From: Bilabrum cf. latius
Lineage: Eukaryota
Length of the DNA stretch: 64,000 bases
Assembly: GCA_965178125.1 (NCBI GenBank)
Contig: OZ237768.1
Span: 186,001-250,000, forward strand
Direction of reading: 5' to 3'
The notes under the pieces were generated by a model. It ran no database searches. It was not told the origin of the DNA and worked only from the letters and a program-made list of their open reading frames with translations. Positions 1 to 12,694 of this stretch are shown here, one piece after another. Positions within the stretch are counted from its first letter, which is position 1. Every line of letters begins with the position of its first letter. The position numbers and the translations under genes are program-made.

Positions 1-1
1 C

Positions 2-3000
2 GCATTGCGCGCCTCTGTGTTCCAGGGCGGGTCAGTTGGCGGTGGTGGTCTTGGACCACCGATGGGGAGAGAGGGTTCCATGCCGCTGCAGCTGTCTGGT
101 TCGAGGCAGTCGTCAGCCAGGGACGTGCTGGCCTCCCAGTCTATGGCGGGCACGTCAGGAAGCAGAGGGGTGGCTAGTGCAGATAGGTAGGACGTAGTGG
201 CAGTCGCAGCTTGCGTGAATGCATCCGTGAGTCGCCTTCTAGGGGGAGAAACGGGCTGGAGGGAGCTGGGTGGCAGCCCAGAGGAAGCAGCCGTGGGAGG
301 ATACGCGCGGCATGCCGCACTCGCACATGCGGTGTCTTTCGTTGCGAGCGTGGCTGCCAGCAAGTCTGTGACCGCTGATCGTGCGGCAAGAGCTGCCGCG
401 GTGGACGTGTGTGAGCATGCGGTGACTGTTTTGCTGGAGTCTCTCGGCAACGAGAAAGGCAAATCGAGCAGCGGAATGCAGCATGCAGCGCTTGGGGATC
501 AAGGCAGTGGCACGGCTCGACTCATGTTCCTGCTGATTGCTGCGGCTAGGCTGCCCGTGGATGTGGCGGCCTTGCATGGGCCTGTTGGAGGGGCCCGATG
601 CTACCTGGACAGGCAAGGCCGGTTGCCGGCGTGGGTGTTTGCAGCTCAGGATCGTTGCTTGGAGCGGGTTCTCGGGTACATGTCTCCCACCGGGCAACAG
701 GAGCTGCTGCATATGGCGGGGCCAGCGGGAGCTCGGCTACTCGCCACCACGCCGGGGATCGGGCCTGGCACCAAGCCCTCCATGCCGTCTCGCCTTGGGC
801 CAAGGTCGGTCAGTAGCGGCAGCGGCGGCATCAGCGGGTCTTAGGGGAACCTCAGCAAAGGTTCCTGGAGGCCATGTGGCGCTGCTGGCGCTGGTGGCCC
901 GGCTCGCTCTATGCTGCAAGAGCTGGTGGCGATGCTGGTGCAAGGCGAGGGAAGGTAGGCGCAGCTAGAGGCAGGCAGGCTCGACCCCATGGCAGATGAT
1001 GCTGCCGGCCTAAGCAATCAAAGTGGGATGCGCCTGCCCTGGGCGAGGCATAGGCTTGCTTCTCAGCACGCAGGCACCGGGAGTGCTCTATAGCCATAGC
1101 CTGGTGAGGCATCGCCGACCACTCGCTGGTCCACATCGCGCGCAGGAGGCGCCGTGGAGCAGGCCATGGTACAGCTGCGGGCGCTGGCGGCCCGGCACGA
1201 AGACCCCGACCGGTCTGAAGGTGGGAGTTCTCGCTCCGGGTCCTCACGTTCCCTGCTCCGTCGGCTTTTTGGAAGACATAGCACGCGGCAGGTCGGCGAG
1301 GACGAGCAGAAGAGGGCAGCTGGCACCGGTGGCGGCGTGGCTTCCCCCGTACAAGGACAGCGACCCCCTCGCGCTGCGGTTGGCGCGTCTGCGCGGGGCC
1401 ATGGCGCGCAGCTTCGTGCCCTGCAGCAGGCAGCTGTCATGCACGTGGTGGCAGTGGCACAGTGCGCTTGCGGTGTACTGCAGCTGGCATCCCGCCCTGA
1501 GTGCCCAAGAGACACCGCGCATTCCACCTGCATGCAGCTGCTGTCGGTGCTTGGCTCCGACCTGGCGGCATGGCCGGAGGTGCGCAGGGCGAGGGAACAA
1601 GCCAGGGCGTCTGCGCGGAGGGAGGGAGCGGTGCGTCCGCCCGAGAGCACGCGGATGTAGCGGCGGCATGCAGAGCTCCGCGCCGCATCCCATCTCGCCG
1701 TCATGGGCCACATGATGCGGGCAGCTTGTTCCCTGGCTGGCCGGTCCAGCCGGTCCACGATGGCGGTGAATCGTCTGCTGGAGTCAATGTACGTGTCTCC
1801 ACAAGAGGAGGCCAGGGACAGAGGCAGCCTTGGATCGGTGGGTCGGATGGATGGACCCGCGCCGATGGTACCCCGTGCGATCGGAGAACTGGCACAGGCC
1901 GTGGTGGCATCTGGGGAGCAGTCGAGGCACAGGCGCCTCGTTCTCCTCTAGACCCTGCTGGAGCGGACATGCGAGCTGACCACTCGGTTCGCAGGGGATG
2001 CTATCGCTGCCTACGGTCGACCCGCGGGGAGTATCATGCAGGATAGGGCGATGCAGGGGGCAGTGGCAAAGGCTCAGGGAGGCAGATACCTTGGATTGAA
2101 TGCCGCGACGTTAAGCATGCGCGACATAGCAGCTGCTGCGTCATCATCACCCCGGTCGCGCCCCGGTGCCCCAGAGAGCATCAGAAGCCGGGCATCTCTG
2201 GGGCGGGGGGAGCTCCCCGCGCTGGAGACGGTCGGTGAGGAGCAGAGCAGTGCGTTGCACCCAGGGAGCGGCAGTCCTCGAGAATCTGAGACAGGCAGCG
2301 ACGCCTGGGATTCTCCGGGGATTGGGGGGGATGGGCAGCTGTGGGGCGAGGGCGCTGGCGTGGACCTGATAGATGCAGACAGACCGGCCGGCGCACCATC
2401 AGCAACTGCGGTGCAGCACGCAGCAGTGGCAGCGGCAGCGCTGGCTGCTGCGTAGCTCGTGCCATCTGTGTGCCGCATGCTGGAGCTGGAGCAAGAGTTG
2501 CTGGATGGCCTTAGGCACGAGCACAGGAGCGGCCCGAAACCCGCTGCGTTCTCCGATTCCGTTGCATGCATGCAGATCTTCAGGCGGCTTTGGGTAGGAA
2601 TATCCGTGCTTCGCTTGGACGATGGCAGCATATGGGGGCACGAGCTGGCCGATGCTTGCCGCCGGCTTGCGTCGCTGACCCCTCCCCTAATCCTGATGCG
2701 GCAGCACGGCGATTTGGAACAGGCTCGGCGCGCTGGTGGGCGCGCAGGACGCGATGGAGGCCCCTCGCCCGATGCTCGAGGAAGAAGGAAGCGAGGGGGG
2801 GGAGTTGGGGGCGGGTCGGAGGCAGAGTCCAAGGGTGGGGATGGGATCGATGAATAGGAAGCCCGCCCATCGAGACACGGTGGTCCCGACTCGTCACACC
2901 GCCCAAGAGACCTGCAGCTGAACCTGGATCTGCTGATGTCGTCTTCCATGCTACCAGAGGGGCACGGGATCAGCCAGGGACTCGTACAGAGCCAGGTACA

Positions 3001-6000
3001 GAGGTTGTGCAGCGTGCTAGGCCCGCGAGATGCACCTCTCCTACAGCAGCTGCCCCCCTACGCGCTCGTGTTTGCGCTCTCCGTGTGCAACTTGGAGATG
3101 CACCGCGCCTCGCTGCCCTTGATCGCCAGCAGTGGTGCCACCAGAAGGAGCTGGCACTCGTCACCCACGTTTGTCGGCGTGTACCGCGTGCTGAGGCGCT
3201 GCTGGCCCGGTTCCATTGGACTGCTGCAGCCCATCTCCGGGGTTGACGACCACCCCGCTAGGTTCCTCCTGGCGGCGACCATGAGCAGGATTGCAGACCA
3301 CGTTTTTGCTGGGTTTGCGACCAACATGCACCGGTATCCGTGTGGCCACGAAGGAAGAACTCGGAGCCTAAAGCACCACGTGGCCTTTCTGATCGCCACC
3401 GCTGGTCATAGGTTCGTTACCGTGCGAAGAGCGGCTGCGAGGCATCTGGTGCTGCTTGTAGAGACGTTCCCAGAGCTGCTGTGCGACGAGGATATCATTC
3501 AGGTGCTGCTTGGCACCGTAGATGCGCTCGGGCTCAGGCTTCTAGCGAGCAGCAGGGAAGAGTGGGGAGGCTCCTGGCCACCCATGAGCAGGGTCCCTGG
3601 GGCGCTCTCTACCTCCCAATCGTTCGCCGGGCATCAGGCTACTGTGGACGGGCGCCGGACGGGCTCTCTTGGGGTCAAAGCGGTGCCGCACGGCGTATCT
3701 GTGGATGGCTCGCTGTACGAATCAGAGCGGAATTCAGGGCTCCAGAGCAGGGCCGGTGTCCCGTGGGGCAGCGTGCTGGTGGAGGGGTCGCCCTTCGCAG
3801 TGCAATGCCCCACGACCCGTGAAGCTCTGTCTCTGGTGTTTGCAGATGTGGCAGAGCTGGCCGCGCAGCATCTGTCCCGGGCCCACGCAGTTGCGCCGAG
3901 GAGGCTGGCACAGCTCGCTGCACGCAGGCTTGCTCGCAGGGCTAGCGGCATGCTCCCGCCCACACAGGCCTCCATGAGCATGGGCGATGCCGTGGGACAC
4001 TTTGTCGCGACCCAGGGAGGGCATGCAGGCTCATCTGCGGCCGCGGCGCGGGTGGGTGGCGCGGGCCAGGCGTCAAGCGGAGCACCCGACCCGTTGCTGC
4101 TGCGGGCCCCATCGGATGCGCTCCTCTCGCAACCCCTCGGTTTGGTGAAGCGGCTGGTAGGAGAGAGGGAGCGCGTTGCCAAGACGATCCTCGCGTCGCA
4201 AGGGGGGCGCGTGCTGCGGAGCAGCATGCCGTTCGGGTGGGCAGCAGCGGCACAAGGCGTACCCACACCCGTCTTCTGGAGGCAGTCCTCTCTGTTGGAG
4301 CAAGTCGCGGTGGAGAGGCGATTGCTTGCGGGGTATGGCATGGAGGGAGCTGGGGAGCAGGGAGCGGGGGCCAGGAGTACCAGTTTGGTCACCTTGGGCC
4401 TATCCAGCTCGGTGCTAGCCACCGTTTGGGGCTCGCAGGCCCCTGCAGAATCCATTCTGCCGTCGATCGTGGACAGAGCAATGGCTGTAGGCTAGTACAC
4501 AGGTGCAGCTGGCGAGGTGTCAGTTGGTCAGCACGGCGGAGCTGGCGGTCTGCTCCCACCCAGGTTCGTGGCTCTGGCCGCCATGCCTGCCATGGAGCGC
4601 GCTGCAGCGCACTGCACCTCTCTAGTGGCCAGCTACCCTTCAAATGGCGTGAGAGCAGCCGGAGCCGATGCCCTGGTCACTCGTCCGCTGCGCCGGACGG
4701 ATAGCCAGACCACAATGAGCGACTCTGTGCGAACAGGCACGGCACCGGGCACGGTCACTCGAGCACCCAGCGTGAAGGGGGGCCAGGGATCCGTCGTCGG
4801 CCCCGGGAGGAACCGCCGACAAGCCACTGCAACGGGAGCTGCCTCGGATGAGCAGCTTTTGAAGCGGCTGGTGCTCTCCAGTGCGCCGCCCACTGCAGTT
4901 GGTGTTGCGATGGATAGGACACCCGCGGTCGATAGCCAGCGAGCGCAGCTCCGTGCGAGGGAGGTAGGGATTGTGGAGGGTCTGTTCCGTGCATTTCGCA
5001 CCTCTGGGGTCGGCGCATAGCAGGTGGAACGAAACGCCCGGTCGAGTGCAATTGCTGCTGCCAGTGGGCCGGCAAGCAGTAGCATATACGCCTCGTTCAT
5101 CCGCCAGACGGTTCGCCGGGCCCGCGAGGAGGCCTTGGCCCTGCATGAGACTTTCCTGCGCCGCGCAGGTCTGTCCTTCAGCAGTGCTTCCGGCAATTCA
5201 GCACCGTACGATCAAAGTGAAACCAGTGCCAGCCCTGGGACGGAAAGAGCCCAGGAGTCAGCTATCTCTAGCCCTCGGAGGGGCAGGTCTAGACGGGGTT
5301 CTGTGGCAGCAGCCGGTATCGGCTCGAGCACGAGCTCGGGCATGGCCTCACCAGTAGCACCGGAAGGTCGCGCCGGGTATTCTGGTCTGTTCTCCAGAAT
5401 GGCATTGCTGTCGATCTGCATTCGGAGGGCGGCGCAGAGGAACCGATCGCGCATGCAGGAGCGCACTGCAAGCAAGGCCCTTGAGATCGTGGACCGTCTG
5501 GCTGCGCTGGTCGTTTTCTCGGGTGGGCGAGACGAGAGGGGCCAGGAGCTCTTTGGAGACCCGAAGGAGCACAGCGGGGTAGAATTACTTCGTGAGCAAG
5601 CGCTGGAGCTCCTAGGGTGGATGCCAATGCTGTTGCCCATTCCTGCTGTGTCCTACAGCTGCGCCGATGCGTGGTCTTATGTCGGGGCGAGTGGGGCGAC
5701 TGGCGACCGCCTTGCGATTCTGAAGCGCTCGTGCAGCGCTCTTGCAGCGAGTGCTCATCTCGCAGTCGGGGCGTTCGCAAGCACGACTGCCCGGAGGGCT
5801 GAGGCAGGCGTGGCGGGCATGCAGCAGTCAAGCGCTGGGTCTGCCTCTGCCCCGTCGTCACCGACCGACCTGATGCGCGCCCCTCTATCTGAGGCATCGT
5901 ACAGCAGAGACGTTGGACTCGATGCACTTGCAGCGTCTGCGCAGCCAGTTCGTAGCATGTGTCTGCCTTCTCATGACCTGGACGGGCCGGTGGCTGCTCG

Positions 6001-9000
6001 ACTCCAGTACGCGCCGCCTCACATGCGGGCGGAAGAGGGTCAGGACGTGATTGCGCGGCCGGAGATCCACCGCCCCTGGTTTACGTACATTGAGGAGGAG
6101 CTTAGGGTGGCAGCGCATGCCTGTCCCAAGTCGGTGAGGAGCATCGCATTGGCGCTATCGTCTTGTGCCTAGGAGGGGTGGCGCGTGGAGCAGTCATCGC
6201 AAGGATTTGACGTCGGGATGCGGCTTGTGTTCACTGGCTTGCTGGCCATGCACGCAGAGTACTACAGGCAGCAGGTGGATTTGGGAGGCAACGATCCGGC
6301 AGTCGAGCGCTAGGCCGGCTCTCCGACGGAGGCAGCCGAGCCAGGTTCCAGTGACCATGGCCCGCCCTCTCTCGTGTCATTCGCCGCTCTGGACCAGATC
6401 GGGGTGCTTCCAGTGGCTGGACCTGCCCATCATCGAGCTTCTTTGCCGGCAGATCTGCTGACGACAAGGACCTGCGATGAAGACCGCAGTGCCGCGAGTG
6501 GTGCTGGCATGGACCTGCTGTCGCTGGATGCCCCCAGGACCATCCCAATCTGCTTGAGATCCCAGGCACCCACGGCTCTGCACGCCTCACTCTCCGGTAA
6601 ATCATCATCCCACGGGGCGCTGGTCATGCAGCCGCCCGCCACGTCAAGGGCTGGCTCGGTGGGCGTAGGTCAGGCGGTCAGCTCACCCATCCCTGTCCGC
6701 AGGGTGTCCTCGATCGGGTCAACCACGCGGCTCAAGCACTGGACGTCGGGCTCGGATGAGATGGCAGACTTGCTGGGCCTGCGTCCGGTCCTGTCGCGGC
6801 AAGGGAGCAAAGACCGGAACCAGCTCGCCAGGCGGGGATCGGTCGAGCTCGTGGCCACCCTGCGAGCGCACACAGAGGCCGAGTCTGCGCCTACTGTCGG
6901 CGGGGACGGCGCTTCGATGGGAGAGGCATGGCAGAACCTGCAGCCAGACTGGACATCCGCAAGGACCCAAGGGCATGCAGGTGCTGGGCCGCCTCGCCGT
7001 GGTGGTTACATTTCCCCGACGGCGAACGGGCCCTCTAGATCGACTGCTAGGCGGACTGCGATTGGCGTGGGCCTAGCCGCTGATCTAGGCCGCATGCGAC
7101 ATGAGTTGCTTGACTGCGGACTGCGCCTTTTTGCCGGCCAGCCGGTCTGGCATGAGCCGATCATTGGCGGGAAACGGGTGCGGTAGCTGCATGCATACAT
7201 GGCTGCTGTGGTGCGGCTGCTGTCGCTCGATGCCTGGTTCTTGAGAGCCCAATCCGTGATGGAACGACCAGAGCCAGGTTCATCAAGACGCGGTAGCAAG
7301 TCGTCTTCTATCGGCACCAGAAGGTCAAGCGGACGTCGCTCGTCAGGGGCATGGACTCACTCAGTCATGCCGCCGTCAGCGCAAGTGCTTGCCTCCAATG
7401 TAATCGCAGCTGCCCGTCGCTTTGGCGCGTCTGGACCCCACGAAGACACCGTGCCGCTTGGTGGTGATCACCTGGTGCACCCAGAAGCGACGGGAGCAGT
7501 ACCACCAGCCGTGGATAGACTTGTGCTATCGCTCAATCAGCCTCCTGTACATCCTGGAATGGCGGACGGCTTGCTCGGGCAGCTGGGCAGGCCCTCAGGC
7601 CACTTCAAGGCAGCTCTGAACACCCAATGCAGGCACGCGGCAGAGAGCTCCGACCTTCTGTCCCTGCTGATTGCGCATGAGAGCGACCGCATCGTGGCAT
7701 GGCATAACCCCTGTGGGCACCAAGAGAGGGGCATCCCCGGTCAGGAGGAGGTGTCGCTCGAGGACGCCTGCAGGAGATGTGCAGCCGAGGCCAGATTGGG
7801 GGGAGCGGTGGACGCAGGAGATCTGCACGGTGATATCGGTGGTGAGGGAGCGGCGAGCGGTGCTGGTGCTTCGGGTGGAAGCGCATTCGCATCTCTCGGG
7901 CGTCTGTTGCGGGACGGAGAGTGGGCGGTTCTAGCCAGGTGTGCGGGCAGGCACTCGCAGTCTTTGCTCGCGGCCGTGTGCGGTCGATTCCCCGGCGTGA
8001 CACCGCTGCGAAGGCATGCCGTGGACCACTTGGTGGACGTGTCTCTGGGTTAGGGGAGCGGGAATCACGGTGACATGCCTGCCATGCGGGACCATCGTGC
8101 GGCCGCCATGCTGATGCTTCATCCTGCACTTGCGCTGCGGGCGCGTGGTCAGGACCTGTCAGCAAGGTACTACCGAGCTCTACAATTGCGCAAGTCAATG
8201 CTGTGGGGCGACGAAGCCGCTGGCAGCGGGGCTGGCGGTGTCGAGTCCAGAGGAGATGCTGGACCCGGCGGTGATTTGAAGTCGCATGGAAGCGCTGCCA
8301 GCCTTTCAGCAGGCCAGCAGGATTCGTTACCTGCTGCTGCCACGCATGCTCACCACAGGGAGCCCCGCACCGGTGTGGATCGCCTTGGCATGTCGGTGGC
8401 CCTGGGTCTAGTGGGCCCTGCAAGCGCTCAGTTCGCCGTCAAGAGCACGATCAAGTGTCTCGCGCGCCGTGTGACCGGGCGGCTGCTACGGGCGGTCGGT
8501 CGGGCCCCAGCCACATCCATGGCCACTGCCCTTGGCCTGCTGGCGCGTGTGTCCCACCGGTCAAGCTACCGGTCCTCGCAAACGGCAGCGCCAGGCGTGG
8601 CGGCGTGGACGGCTCGGTCCATTGCCAGCGCTGCGCCGTCGCTGGTCGCCCTGGTGGTGCCGCAGGTCGTGCAGGCGCTGCGGTCGGACACGCACGGGTA
8701 TTCCAGGAAACTTCTGGTGTCTGCCTCCAGCAAGACGGCCATCACGGCGCACCAGGTCCTGTGGGGACTCGCTGCCGAGTCAGAGATCACGGCGGCGACT
8801 GATCCAGATGCGGAAGGAGGCCACGGAGACGCGGCAAGCGCAGGCTCTGGGCATGCGGGGCGCGGTCGAAAAGGAGACGGCAGTGACGCGCACGGCTTTT
8901 AGAAGCAGCTACTTGGCCAGGATTCGCTACCCCGCGCCGCCAATCGCGTGGCTGCCGCAATCCTGGCGTCGCTGGGCAAAGAGGAGCGCGCCTCGTTTCA

Positions 9001-11803
9001 CATACAGTACGCATTCTTTGACAGGGTGACTGACATATCCCGGAGACTCAAGGAAGAGTGCTCATCCAAGCCGGAGCGCAACAAGCACATTGCCACCTGC
9101 CTCAAGCAGCTCTTCCGAAGGGTCAAGGAGACCCGCATTGACGCCGTGAACGCCGCGATTGATGCCATGAAGGAACAGCAGCCAGACCGCACCAAGCAGG
9201 CACTGGTGCTTCGGCACGGTCATCGCCTTCCTGTACCAGGAACTGCGGCCAAGCGAGGAGGAGCAGGGGCGCCAGGGCCCCACGGCAGGAGCAGCAGGTC
9301 GGGCAGCATGGTCCTTCCGTTCATGCAACCTGGTGGCAGCGGGATTGGGATAGGATCTGCCACAGGCGGACCTGCCAGCACCCAGTTTGCAGGGAGCTCT
9401 ACGGGAGGCTCGAACCCCCTCCGTCGTGCATGCTAGGGGCACGACCCTGTCTCCAGAAGGGAGGTCCTTGCGTTCGCTTGGGCTGCGGGGGGCCGGCGGC
9501 AGGCAGTCACCAAGGTGACTGAGGCAGCCGCGGCGGAAGCGGCACTGGCCCAGGGCCATGGCCAGATCGTGCCCGGAAGCGATGGGCACAGGCAGGCAGC
9601 CGGCAACTTGGCGGTGCTGCTGGAGGACCAGCTGCTGGCGCGGCACGGGGGTCTGCCGTCCACCTTCGAACCTCTGCTGTACATGCCCACGCAGCCTTAG
9701 CTTCGCGTGGTCTCGGTCGTGATGGACAGCGGGCGTGCGATGCAGAGTGCAGCCAAGTGCCCCTTCCTGCTGCAGTTCAAGGTTACCCCCTATGCCGGCC
9801 CTCTGATGGAAGAGGGTGGGACTGAGGCAGGAGCTGGTGCTGATCGAGAGACGCCAGCAGGGGGTGCAGTCGTTCGTGGGCCCGGCCCGGGGCCCGTGGT
9901 GGGACTGGCGGACTTGGCCTCGAGTGCCTCCAAGCGGTCCGTGTGGCAGTCGGTCAAATCCACGGGGTCGGTGCTGATGCTCAAGGTCAGAAACAGGATC
10001 AACGCGGCGTCGGCGCACATCAGCGTGGGAACGACGTCGGCTGGTCGCATGATGCGGTCGGCCATGGGGGCAGTGCGGTCGAGGATTTCACGAGTCGGGG
10101 GGCGGGATTCCCAGGCCGTGGAAGAGGCGACGAGGGCGAGGGCAGGCAGCAGTGTGGTTCGGGCATCTGTCGGCTAGGCGCGTGGTTCGGATAGAGACAG
10201 CGACTCTCACGCTGGTCAGGGCCCTAGCATCGACTCGCCCCGTTCTCAGTCCAGGTCCTCGGTCGGCCCTTCGCGCTCTGGCAGCGTGGCGCCTGTGGAG
10301 GGTCTGGTTGGTGACACTGGTACCGGTGCTGGCGCTGGTGCTGGGGCCGGAGAGATCGATGAAGAGGAAGAGGCGTGGCCCTACAGCGCGGAGGCCCGTG
10401 AGCTGCAGCCCGGAGCCAAGGACAGGCAGCGCAGTGGCAGGGCAGCCGGCCCTGCCGAAGGCTCTGTCGGGGTGGAGGTGGAGCAGGGCGGTGGTGGTGC
10501 GAGGGGCGACGTCGGTGCTAGACCACCGCTGGAACTGGACGATGTCGATCTTGCCATTGGCATCGAGGCAGATGGCAATGCGGCGGGCGCGGGAGGCGGG
10601 TTGGGGCAGGGTGGTGTCGCTAGCGGGACAGGGACGTGGTTCGGGGGCAGAAGCAGCGGCAAGCGCGTCGTCGATGAAGCGCAAGACGAGGAAGAAGACG
10701 ACGGCTTCGTTGACAATGCAGCCGTGGATATTGAGGCGCGCGAGAGCTTTGCCAGAGGAAACAAGCGCAGGCAGGATGCCGCGAGGCAGGCAGCGAGTCA
10801 GTACGGCGTGACGAGCGGAAGATCCACCGGGTATGGCCACCGGAGTGGGCGTCGCAGCCGCCGCCGAAGTATGTCAAGGTCAGGCTCCATGGCTGCTGCA
10901 GCTGCAGCCGCGTCTGCAGGTTCTGGCGCAGGAGCCGGGAGCGGCGGAGCCATGCACATGTCCATGTACCGCCCCCTGACGGCGAGCGCAACCGCCGCCT
11001 GCATCTTCAAGGTGTTTGACGACTGCAGGCAGGATGCACTCGCGATTTAGATCCTGCGGGCGCTGCAGGTGCCATTCTCCCAGGCCCGTTGCGGGCTCAG
11101 CCTGACTCCATACTCCGTCATTCCCTCTCGAGTAGGCAGCAAACGGGCTGAAGGGGGCATTATCCAGTGCGTGTCTAACGCCAAGTCCCTCGACGAGATC
11201 GGCAAGGACGGCAACGCCAACCTGTACCACTACTTCCGGCAGAAGTTCGGGAGGGTGGACGGCCCGGCCTTCGAGGAAGCCAGGCGGCAGTTCGCGGGGA
11301 GCATGGCAGGGTACGCAGTGGCGACGTATCTGCTGTGGGTGAAAGACAGGCACAACGGGAACATCATGGTGGACGGGACCGGCCGACTGATCCACATCGA
11401 TTTCGGATTCTTGCTGGGCATCAGCCCGGGGGGCAACCTCGGGTTCGAGCAGGCTCCCTTCAAGCTGACGTCAGACATGGTGCAGATCCTGGGTGGTGAC
11501 CCGGGGACGGACCTATACCAGGGCTTCCAGGAGCAGTGCGGGAGGGCGTTCCTCTCCGCGCGGGAGACAATGCCGGCCATCGAGGCGCTGGTAGGCGGCA
11601 TGGCAGACTCAGGCCTGCCGTGTTACCACTTCCCTGACACGATGGGGAAGCTGCACCAGAGATTCGCGCCGGATGCGGGGCCCAGGGAAGCAGCCAAGGT
11701 GTGGAGGGGCAAGGTGGAGGAGTCGCGCGTGTCTAGCACCACGGAACTGTACGACGGGTTCCAGAAACTGACCCAGGGCATCCACTCGAGTGCCTGGCAG
11801 TGA
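2..11803 (+). CDS. PI4KA: Phosphatidylinositol 4-kinase type III alpha (PI4KA/Stt4-like); 5' end outside the window; >3,900 aa with TAG read as Gln
   Basis: One frame (start mod 3 = 2) is open from base 2 to TGA 11801-11803 apart from 20 TAGs: 188, 842, 956, 1091, 1097, 1658, 1949, 2453, 2855, 4493, 5018, 6170, 6311, 7184, 8051, 8900, 9434, 9698, 10175, 11048. Motifs: VPQVVQALRSD, YMPTQP..SGRAMQSAAKCPFL, IFKVFDDCRQDALAI(TAG)IL, SMAGYAVATYLLWVKDRHNGNIMVD, IHIDFGFLLGISPGGNLGFEQAPFKLT. Confidence 0.93.
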
Positions 11804-11878
11804 TGGGTTACAGAGGTGACGTTCACGCGCAATTGGTCAGCACAGCTTGAAGAATCACATTCTCTCTTTCAACTACAA

Positions 11879-12128
11879 TCAGCCACACGGCCCATCCATG
11901 ATCAAACTCCCCATGTTGAAGATGCGCCCGATGCGATCCCGCATTGACATGGACCTGGACGCAACATCACACAGGTTGCTGGCCGCGTGGTTCATCAGCC
12001 ACGACTCGAGCGCAGTATTTCGCTTCGCGGTGCGGAATAGCCGCATCTTCGTCTTTCGTGTTGGCTGGCAGCCCGTGGATCGCGCGGCATGCCGCGGCGT
12101 AGTCCTCTTTCATCCCCAGGTGAGCGTG
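11879..12128 (-). pseudogene. Diverged, 5'-truncated and frameshifted copy of the 3' part of orphan gene 12695-13441
   Basis: Aligns by eye with 12695-12968 (e.g. gcccgtggatcgcgcggcatgccgcggcgtagtcctctttcatc). It has a 23-nt frameshifting deletion bounded by CGA microhomology and ends ...DGPCG-TGA at 11881-11879. Confidence 0.75.
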
Positions 12129-12132
12129 TCTA

Positions 12133-12638
12133 ACACACACCACACAGTGGTTTTAACCCAATATTGATCTGGATGCTGCTCGCCGGCTCCGTTGCACGGC
12201 ATGCGGCGCCGCAGCGTCTAGATCTAGACACTCGAGGCCTGCCTCGTTTCAGTGGATGAGTGTGTCACCCAGAAGTACGAAACTGAGATTTACATTCATT
12301 CGTCCGCAGCTCATGGATTGCCCCAGTACAATGCCACCACTGCCGCCGTCCCGGCCAAGACGAACGCTGTGAGCCCCGGCCGAAGCCAGGCCCGCGCCTC
12401 CTCCAAGCCGCAGCAGCACATGCGGCCCGTGGCCAGCAGCCTCTTCCTCTCATCTTCTCCCGCCTGCTCTGCATCTTTCTCTGTCTGCAGCTTCTGTTCC
12501 TGCAGAAGCTCGCCAGCGAGGCCCCACCGGAAGGTCGTGTTCTCCACTTGTGACTCACTCGGCGCCGCAGTGGCGAAGGAAGCGACCAGCAGGGCGCAGC
12601 TGGCGGCCAGGAAGTTGATCGCGGAGAAATGCATGTAG
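12133..12638. repeat. ~505-bp near-identical direct duplicate of 13476-13985 (3' end and downstream flank of the SLC5 gene)
   Basis: Direct comparison shows about 4 substitutions and one 4-nt indel. The ORF track gives near-identical peptides for 12252..12638 and 13599..13985. Confidence 0.95.
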
Positions 12639-12688
12639 TACATGCTGACTACTGCACTAGTTGATTTTGCTGCCAGCAGCCTGATCAT
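12311..12688 (-). pseudogene. Duplicated C-terminal fragment of the SLC5 symporter, as a chimeric 125-aa ORF
   Basis: YMHFSAINFL...VALYWGNP-TGA matches the SLC5 C-terminus apart from one residue, and is preceded by about 17 unrelated codons. Confidence 0.7.
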
Positions 12689-12694
12689 CGTGCA

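Noticed and set aside
11048-11050. A-to-I editing (UAG to Trp), pyrrolysine, or frame-preserving introns hiding the TAGs
   Set aside because: The aligned conserved residue is Gln and the motif spacing leaves no room for an intron. U-to-C editing cannot be excluded from DNA alone.
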